NCBI GenBank assembly: GCA_051941275.1
Contig: JAVEBF010000054.1
Span: 1-38,586 of the forward strand
DNA length: 38,586 nucleotides
Direction of reading: 5' to 3'
Source: Dirinaria sp. TL-2023a
Lineage: Eukaryota
The position numbers were made by a program, and so were the translations under genes. Below the pieces are notes generated by a model, which saw nothing but the letters and a program-made list of their open reading frames with translations, searched no databases and was not told the DNA's origin. Of this stretch, positions 26,759-35,451 are shown one piece after another; position 1 is the first letter of the stretch, and each line of letters opens with the position of its first letter.

Positions 26759-27642
26759 GAAGCTGCAACTGTGAACACGCTACGACATCAGGAGTACGGG
26801 GGTTAACTGACACTGACATATTACAACTGGGTCTAAAACCACTCACAGGAGTGGTATCAAACCTTGCACATCTCCATCCCTGTTTTCACCTGCTGCAAAT
26901 CATACAGCAAAGAAAGAGCTTCGGGAAAGAGTCTGCGCTAATTCCTGATCTGCACTATCTGCCCTTCCCACCCCAACACACGATAGCTAGAATCAGCTTC
27001 CTCGTTCCCCCTTTACCCCTTGCCTCATTTTCCCAGAATAGAGATTTTTTCTCGGCGTGGGAGGATTCTTTCCCCACGCTCCGTCTGGCCGCCCCCCTCC
27101 ACCCCCAACCCTAATTTCGACTAACAGATTCGGTTCTGTTCTGTTCTTGTTCTGTCGTGTTTGTTTGTTCGTTTTGCTACGAGAAATCCGAATGGAATGG
27201 AGTGGAGTGGAGTGGAATCAATAAACCACACACACAATATGATTCGAAATCTTCCATGAGCGGGGATTGCGTTGGGAGGTACTTTAGCTAGCAAGCATTC
27301 TTAACAAGGGAGGTTTTACTTTAGATACTCCAGTTCTACCTTATTGCATGCTTGCACTATTGTAAAATAAACCAGAATTAAACATGGAATTCTGTTCACC
27401 TTTTAGCTCGCTGTTAGACCTCTTCTTCATCGTCTTGTTCTACTAGTGAGGTAGAAAGGAAAGGAGGGGGAGGGGTGGGGGGTCTGAATGAATAAATGAT
27501 TCAACGGTATTCATCATGTTCCTGTCCAGTGCGTTCAGTGGGGATATTTCAAGTGTGGTTATCTACATATCTAACCTTAGTATCCTTTATTTGCTTGCCT
27601 TGTCTTGCCTTCATCTCATATTCCGTTTTTTTTACATATATG

Positions 27643-27675
27643 AGAAGAAGAAGAAGAAGAAGAAGAAGAAGAAGA
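27643..27675. repeat. (AGA)n trinucleotide microsatellite, about 11 units
   Basis: Read directly. Confidence 0.95.
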
Positions 27676-27923
27676 GAGGTATAGACAGTATCTCATAAAG
27701 AGAAAAGAGAAAGAAAACCCATGTACGATACATACATATGAATACATTAGAAAGACAGACAGATCAGACGAATTAAGGGATTTTCCCGTTGTGGATCTGC
27801 GTTTTGGAATTTTGTGATTCTTTTCTTGAAGTTTCTACCTTGTCTTTTCCTTTGTGTTGGGAGGGGGGAACATGTTTTGAGTCCGATCTCGAGGGTTTTT
27901 GTGTTAGGATGTTGGGATGTAGA

Positions 27924-27955
27924 GGGGTAAGATAAGGTAGGGGTAAGATAAGGTA
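27924..27955. repeat. Perfect 16-bp tandem duplication GGGGTAAGATAAGGTA x2
   Basis: Read directly. Confidence 0.9.
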
Positions 27956-28557
27956 GGGTGAAGTAGGGGAAATAGGCGGTTTTATTTGGTATGCTTGGGA
28001 TTTTGGTGACGAGGCTTTGGGCTTGGTAAACTCACTTTACTGTATCTACTTTAATTAGAGGTCAGGGTTTTGACGTTTTGCGACGTGGCTTGTTAGGGAC
28101 TAACAATGATGCGGCCTATAATGCCTGATAATATGGGTAAAATGTATGGATGATCAGGATCCTAAGTACATGGTGGCCTGGGTACGATAGAAATACCCAG
28201 TGTGGGCCGGGGATAAGCCCTATGGCCGGCGCTAAACCCTTCTTGGCATGCACTCCGCAACACACATGGAAAATCCATAACATGGCTCCTTCTTGTTGCT
28301 AAGGGAGCATGAAGATAGATATGTAGAAGTTGGTTTTTAATTCTTCGTTGATGAATTGGTATTTTGGGGTATAGAATACACAGATACTACAGAGAGAACA
28401 ACAACTGATTGGCCAATTTTTTTTTTTTTTTTTGGCAAACTTGGTACGCTTTCGAGATCTTTTGAACTAGTTTTTCTTTTTTCCCCATTTCCCCTTTTTT
28501 TTCCTTTTGAAAATTGCGGCTCGCACTACTACTTCCACCCGAAAATGATCTTCTCTC

Positions 28558-29524
28558 TCATACTGGGAGATTGAATTTCTTGCCCTGTAGAACCCTGTTT
28601 TATATTGATTATCACGTTAGCCTATCCCGCTCTCTTTTGTTTTTCTCTCTTCTGGTTTACTTTGCCCCTAATTTTCAAAGGGGGAAAAACAGAGATAAAA
28701 GGAGCGGCAGAACCACTCACTTGGTATAATAAATCCAGAAAAAGTCCGAATAAAGGATCGTCTGCACGGTCCCCGCGATCCAAGGGATCTGATCCACATA
28801 CCCCTCAGCAAAGTATCGGTAGAGCCAATTTGGAATGTATAGGGCGCGGTAAATGCCCAGGGCGAAGAGGTAGTGGGTGGTTATGGTCTCGGCTTCGCCG
28901 GTGCGTTGCAGCATAAAGAGTTGCGGTAGGATGGCGACGGATTCTAGCCAGATTGAGAAGGACCAGAGCATCTTTATTTTTTTTCCCCTGTCAGCTTGGA
29001 CACGGAATTGGTAGGGGGCAGGGAGGGTTTGGGGGGAAGGAGTACCTCGGAGACTTCATAACGGTACGGGAAAAGGATCCCTAGCACCGCGCTGCCGCCC
29101 AACAGGTACTGCACTTTAAAGGTGTCGATGTTTGGATCGTGAGTCGGTTTGTAGTCGTTGAGCATCAGATAGACAGTGTAGGATTGCGAGGCGAGGAAGA
29201 GTAGTTTGAAGGTCGTGTTCCAGACTGTCCCCGTCGTGAAGGTCCAGAATATATCTAGGTACCGCGTGATGTAGACTAGGAGGTAGAGGACTTGGGATTT
29301 GAATGATATTCCGGATGCGCTCTGCTTGGCGTTAGTCTTATGAGGGAGGAAGGGTTTTTGGGAGGGAAGGGTCGGAGCTGACGCTGGAGGAGCGCATCTT
29401 TTGGAGGAGAATCAGGATCGAGGCTAAATGCGAGAGATCCGCTGATATGTCTTTCGTCAGTACATATTCTCACGATGTACAGAGCGTTGAGGGACTGCGC
29501 ACCGCATATTCGGAAAATGTTCAT
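28558..29524 (-). CDS. ERD2: ER lumen protein-retaining (HDEL/KDEL) receptor (exons 29524-29503, 29441-29383, 29321-29046, 28971-28721, 28594-28558)
   Basis: [59 protein letters not shown] and terminal [10 protein letters not shown]. Exon phases add up. Confidence 0.97.
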
Positions 29525-29553
29525 TCTGGCGGCATAAGCTGGCCGAAGCCTAG

Positions 29554-29820
29554 CTAGCAATTAAGAGAGGTACAAAACCACAGTCTTTTAGTACAGACTA
29601 CAAAGCCTCTGAGCAATAGTAATAGATTGCTGTTCTCCAACTGATGATGGTTTGGTGGAACTCTCTGGTGCTTGGCATGGAATGGGACACCGGGACATTG
29701 TTGACACGGTTCAAGTTCGGGGAAGCGCGTGACAAGGGTATGTTTTAGCTCTGAGCAGTTGGGGCTGGTCTGCAAGGATGCGAACTTTATGTTGACTGCA
29801 CTTCTCTGGACACTACTACC
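29554..29820 (-). CDS. Orphan coding segment X1 (probable last exon; upstream exons unresolved)
   Basis: Open frame ...AVNIKFA...LVTRF...CPGVPFHA...RVPP that aligns with the decayed copy at 31586-31740. A minus-strand donor GTAAGT lies near 29917, but a full gene model could not be built. Confidence 0.4.
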   Translation of the reverse strand, partial: GSSVQRSAVNIKFASLQTSPNCSELKHTLVTRFPELEPCQQCPGVPFHAKHQRVPPNHHQLENSNLLLLLRGFVVCTKRLWFCTSLNC

Positions 29821-30743
29821 CTATCTATCTTCACAGCCTGCATTCAACATAGATCAAAATCCTTAGTCACAGAAGAGCCGTCTCATTGTACACTTACAGA
29901 GGATTGAGAATACTTACCTCAAGGATACTCGCGGATTGATGGCAACCAGATATCAAATGAATAACCCTTGCCCTGGCTAGGATGGGTACCCCTTCCATCA
30001 TTTGTCTTTAATGGCGGTTCAGTCTTTAAATTCCCTTACTGCTATACTCACCATTTACCTCTCAGAACTTAGTACAACAATGATGGGCTAATCCATGATC
30101 TATTTCATAGCACACGCTTTGTCATAAGTTGCTAGTGGGCTTTAATTGGTATATTCCTGAAGAATGAATTATACTATTCCATGACCTGAGTTGCAACTGT
30201 TGTTGTTGCTGCTGTACTATCATACTATAAATACTACGATCCACTGCTATGGTAACTTGAATAACAGCTTTGATGAATCGAAGCTGAAAATTTGACTCAT
30301 GATGCTGGTCTGCGTTTCAATGAATGGTGTTGTGAGTCAAGAAAGGGCAGATCTCTAGTGTTGCACCGGCCGCGCTTGGCATCGTTGTCCTTAATGAAGC
30401 CAGTCCAGCACCACTTGCCTCGGTATTTATTCAAGGGCCAATACCCAATAGCTTGACAGCCAAGTTCCTTCCTTCCACTTTTTCTGCTCCATCGAGGCAG
30501 TAGCAAGAAGTAACTCTATATTGAACAGACCTTCGGTCAAAGGTAAACACTGCAGAGACACAAATACGTCTAGCTAACACTCAAATGTGAGATCAAGTAT
30601 CCAGTTCCTTTCTACACTGCTTCCTACAACTCAAAATCTGAAGGTGCTGAAGGGTCAGGCCAACACACAATCTTTGGGTCTTAAAATACCACTTCTTGTA
30701 AGTGCATTCCATGGCTCGGTGCTACCTCACATTTGCTGCAACA

Positions 30744-31585
30744 ATGGCTGAGATCAAAATCCCGCTAACGCCCCCAGACGCACAAGCAGAAACAGCGAAA
30801 CTTTCGCCAGCATCCTACCTGATGGACTCTGAAACGAGGCAAAAACTTAAGAGAAAAGCCGACATCGACCTGGATCTTGATTTCTCCTCGTCGAGGATGA
30901 AACAATGGCGTCTACATCCTCCTCCTGTCCAGGATGATGAAACCATCCTCGACTACCATGCTAGAACCGCGCCCGGAATTGTCGAACCCACTTCACATCT
31001 TCATGTAGTTGGGAGTCTCGATATTGTAAGCTCTAAAGTCGAAGTAAGTTATCATTGATCCTGCTCAAGCACCAGATAAACTAACAAAGGCTACGAATAT
31101 AAGAGTAAAATAACAGGGCTGGAGAAGCAGATCATGTACGCCAATGCAGCAATATCTGCAATGGTTACAAGCAGATTGAAGCTCTTAATTCCTAACCTTG
31201 TGGTGGACACCGCAAGACATGCGGCCCGAGTATTGAAAAAGGACCACCAACTATGCACCAGCTATTCTACTCATGAGCTACAGCAGTTTGCCATGTCACT
31301 CAAGGACAAGGAGTTACAAAAGACTCAAATCCCGCCCAAGTACCGTGAACTGCTTATCAAAATGGACAAGGCTAGTGCAACCCACTATTTTTAGGTCCGT
31401 ATGGCTAATGATCATCATAGCACATGAAGGGCAGGACCGAAGCCGCTCATGAAACAAGCGCAGAGCTTGCGCGCTTACTACTCCTTCCTTTGTCTTTGTC
31501 AGAGCAAGAATACGCTCGCTACAAAGATCTCTTCCCAGTCGTGTACGGCATGACGATAGAAGATAAGGCGAAAGAGGATTCTTAG
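30744..31585 (+). CDS. Orphan helical protein Y1 (about 243 aa) with C-terminal R-x4-H motif (exons 30744-31043, 31104-31370, 31421-31585; second intron GC-AG)
   Basis: Intron 1 GTAAGT...CTAAC...AAG joins ORF 30702 and ORF 31134 in frame. Intron 2 GCTAGT...GCTAAT...TAG joins a 55-codon exon HMKGRTEAAHETSAELARLLL...YKDLFPVVYGMTIE...*. Confidence 0.7.
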
Positions 31586-31980
31586 GTGCAACCTTGATGA
31601 CGCCAGCATGGCATTACTCTGCGGGGCACGTATTCAAGGCGCAAGTTACCCATAGCTTAGTAATCAAGTTCTCTTCCTCTATTTTCCAGCTCTCCATTGT
31701 AGCAGCGAACCTTGTGTTGACTGCATCTTCACTCTCGAGTCTGTGCTCTTATCAAAAGTCGCTGTGGACCCAACAGCCACAATGAAGACCTGGGCGATAT
31801 GGGTGTCAATAGAGGAGAAATGTTGTAGCTGTCCATCTAGCAGTTCTTGATATTGCTCCAAAGATGTTACAAATTTGGCCAGGAAGAGGTTTTAGATGAA
31901 GAGATCCGCCTAACCAATCAAGGTTCGGGGTCCGATTCAGTTCCTGGTACTGTTCCAGAATCTCGTTAATATTGTTCCAT
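31586..31980 (-). pseudogene. Decayed paralog X2 of segment X1
   Basis: AVNTRFA...LITKL...CPAE*CHA...KVAP with in-frame TAA at 31616-31614, another TAA at 31894-31892, and a twice-encoded LEQYQEL in different frames. The limits are approximate. Confidence 0.5.
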
Positions 31981-32570
31981 TATGTACAGCCACTAACTTA
32001 TATGTGCACCTCAAGCCACATACTACGTGTCAACGCTTTTTGCAGGGGATTGAGGCAGTGGGCGGCGGAAGGCGCTCTGCTGTTGGGAAAGCAGTTGCCA
32101 CCGAGCTGGAAATACCACGCCACTGTCCAGGAGAAGAAAAGCTCGAACCAATTAGTATGAATTGCACACTCTAAAATTCAACCATCTACCGCTATGCCTG
32201 GCTTCTACAAGTACATTGCATCAAGACTGAGAGCTGCGCAAGCACAGTGCCGTTCGATTGAAAGCCAAACTTCTAAGTCTCGGTTACTCAACAGTTGAAA
32301 GCTCTGACCAACCCAACCACATGTGAAATGACTCATCGCTGACAACTGCCCCTATATTAAAAACCTCAAAATCCTACTGAAATTTACTGATAGACCGGAT
32401 CGACATTTATTCATCGGACATAGCTTCACATAATTCCGCTCCATGTAAGGTCGCCTCACTGGCGTGTTTTTAATAGACAGAACTAAAATCTCGCTGACGC
32501 TTCCAAATGTAGAAGAAGAAACAAGCACGACTGTCACCGACAACCCATCTATCTGATCAACTTAGCTACG

Positions 32571-32972
32571 ATGGAGGGCCACCTCAAGAGAAAAAACGAC
32601 GAGCTAGATTCCACCTCGTTGGATAGTAAACGGCAGTGTCGCGATACTTCTCCCGTAGAGGACGATCAATTCTGCATTCTCGACTATCACCCGGTCGGGG
32701 GTTTTGATTTCGTACTCTCGCGCGTACCCGTAGGTCGTCCTAGGCTTTACCCGAGCATACGATGAGCTAACAAAGGTTAGAATAATCCACCAGACACAGA
32801 TGCAGGATTAACGATGTTCGGGCCGATACTTGCGAGCTTTGACGCGATGACCTCGGACATTCTCAGGAGGCTCGAGGACATGGAGATGAGGCTTGCGGAC
32901 CTTGAAGCGCTGCTGGTGGAGTTTGACACTAGGTCGGCGGAAATTCAGAGAAGGATAAGTGAACGGCTTTAA
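32571..32972 (+). CDS. Orphan protein Y2 (116 aa), paralog of the Y1 N-terminus fused to an HSBP1-like coiled coil (exons 32571-32729, 32781-32972); possibly decaying
   Basis: Intron GTAGGT...GCTAAC...TAG, phase 0. Exon 1 shares LKRK.D...KxxxR...PV.DD...ILDYH with Y1. Exon 2 reads FDAMTSDILRRLEDMEMRLADLEALL. Confidence 0.6.
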
Positions 32973-33588
32973 ACGGATTGGCGCTCTGAATCATAAATGG
33001 TATGATGGAAAACTCCGAAACGTGTGGTCTAGACATCGACCAGCACCAAATATCCGCAAGTCATTAAATTTATAACCTGCAGAACTCCATAATGTCACTG
33101 ACCGAGGAAGAGTGACAACAATTCGAATTCCCAGGAGTCATCATGGAGTATCAAACCCCATGAGCGAAGTAAGGGTTTCTGTAAATTGTTTCGGGGTCGG
33201 TTTCTATGTTTATGCTGCCGACTCTTACTAGATCAAGATATTAGTGAGATTTATTCTTTAAACAGCCAAATCGGCCTCCCGACCATTATTTTATTTAGGG
33301 TTCGGGTCTTCTAATGGAAAGTTCTCCTCTATGCATGACTTACTCAATGCACCATACCCCTACAATATCACTGAACTGTCGCAGAGAACACATACACACT
33401 CTCCAAAGGCATTCAAATTCAAAAGATCTATCAGGAAGCAATATCCACCAGCCAAACCTCCACACTACCCCACACCCGCCCATTACACCCTACATCTAGG
33501 ACTGCACCAATAAAGCTGATTCGAGCATCCAGTCATCTATAGCTTATAGCCATCGAGCACCTCCTAACCCCCTCTCCTCCCGGCAATG

Positions 33589-33837
33589 CTACTTCCCATG
33601 ACCCCCTTGCAGCTCCTCCTGAATCCCCCGTATCTTCTCCACTTCTCGACGGCGGTCAAGCCACTCTTTCTCCCGTCTGATTTCGAATCTGAACCCCAGT
33701 CACTGAACGCAGAGTTTAGGATCCCGGAGACGCGGGAGGTGGACGGTGAAAATGTAGCCTCGAGGTAGGCGTTGACGAAGAGTGATTGGGACTGGCTCCT
33801 TGTTCTCGTGCCCACACGTCCAAATAGGGAGGCACAT
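33589..33837 (-). pseudogene. Small MC-x5-CGH...CxxC-type orphan interrupted by an in-frame TGA (pseudogene or read-through gene)
   Basis: MCLPIWTCGHENKEP...PKLCVQ[TGA 33702-33700]LGFRFEIRREKEWLDRRREVEKIRGIQEELQGGHGK*. A canonical intron GTATGA...GCTGAT...CAG (about 33893-33846) lies just upstream of the ATG. Confidence 0.4.
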
Positions 33838-34844
33838 CCCTGCTTCTGGGAACGAATCAGCAACCGTTTGCCTTGCTTATCTTGCTCTCATACTTCTTTG
33901 TCCGTTGCAGCGATCTCCTGTCTCCCTTTCCTCTGCTAGCTTCCGAGTTCCGATCTGGATGGCAGGGTTTTCAGAAGCCTAACAAGAAAAAAGGAAAAGA
34001 GAGCGAGAGAGAGAAAGGACTCTAGAAGCCACACTGCTGCAGCATGATGAAACACTCTTTTCGAACTTGAAACAGCCTGTTTCCCTTGGAAACAAATTCA
34101 TCGAGTCCATCTGTTAAACAATTTAAAGAAAAAGGAAGAGCAACCACTCTGTCGGAGACTAAATTGTGGTTGTAGCACTGTCTCAGGGATCTATGTACAC
34201 GTAGGTATTTTCTTTCGGGGCCTCTTCAATGCCTAAGTATCGACCGGAAGACCGAATATCAATTCTTAGGCATCTGAGGAAGGTGGGAAAGCATAATTTT
34301 TCCCTTGAAAAAAAAAAAGGGCAATGATGCATCCCTCCCAGCTATATACCAAACGCTCTTATCTCCCACCTCCCCTTCCCAACAACAAGATCCCTAAACT
34401 CCCTATCTACAATGCCCCCAAAAACCGTCTCCTACATCGGACCTCTGAACCACGAAACCTTGCATAGTACTAAGTAAACAGCCTATCCTCAACTTAAAAA
34501 AAAATTAATACATTTGTAGAGACCAAACCCCCCTTCATCTACGAAAGCCTTTCCCCCTCCAACATCAAATATCAATCTCCGTCATTCAATCTATCAATCT
34601 AAAATTCTTCTTTGAAGGCAGGCAGGCAGGTAGTGGATTTTCGTACTTATTTTTTTGGCTTTTATTAGAGTGAGGGGCATAAAGGGGGAAATAAGGTAGG
34701 ATACCATGCTATGATGGCTTATGTATGTAGAGCTTTGGTAGCCTACTATTGTTATATGTAAACTCTTCTATTACGAGCACCATCACCACTACAAGAAGAA
34801 CTCAGTTCTCGATCCGATTTCACCATCTTATTATATGCATCAGC

Positions 34845-34861
34845 AAAAAAAAAAAAAAAAA
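34845..34861. repeat. Poly(A) tract of 17 nt in AT-rich intergenic DNA
   Basis: Read directly. Confidence 0.9.
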
Positions 34862-35451
34862 CTCATTAATTTCTTAAAATTTTAAGGAACCATCTTAAAA
34901 TAAAATCTTTGATTTCTATTGTCTCAACTACCCTACCCTACCGTATAATCTTAAGGTACCTTCCTTCAATTCGATCTCGGTAGGTAGGGGAAGGAGGTGG
35001 GGGTATACAATAAAACGCCCTTTTTTTCTTCTTTCTTCTCTTCTCTTCTTTACACAAAGCTTGCAGTATTTATCGCATGGCTCTCTCTTTTTCTTCTTTT
35101 TGGTAAAAAAGACAAGAAGACCGCCGGGAAATCTCATCTTTCAAGGAAAAGAAAAAAAAAAGAGAAAGAGATTGATGATGAAATTAAACGAATTCCCTTT
35201 GTATGCTGCTGCTGTCCATACCATCCATCCATACCATCCATACCATCGACCATATCCGTCCGAACCCTTTTCCGGATATGCCGGACAAATAAAAATACCG
35301 CATGAACTCCAATTCGTTCATCTCCTTACCTGGGGATTAGGATCGTTTTGAATGGAGGGTAAAAGTATGCCCATTTATTTCTGATTTCTTCCCTTTGGAA
35401 GATAAGAAAGGGGAAGGGGGGTGAATGGGGAGAGGGAGAAGCAGGGGAAAA

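Noticed and set aside
29910..29919. ATACTTACCT resembling the 5' end of U1 snRNA
   Set aside because: No U1 stem-loops (70K loop GATCA.GAAG, U1A loop ATTGCAC) or Sm site follow. It is better explained as a minus-strand splice donor AG|GTAAGTAT.
30297..30506. 69-aa minus-strand ORF as a possible first exon of X1
   Set aside because: It starts at TTG, and I could not link it in phase to the X1 exon or align it to X2.
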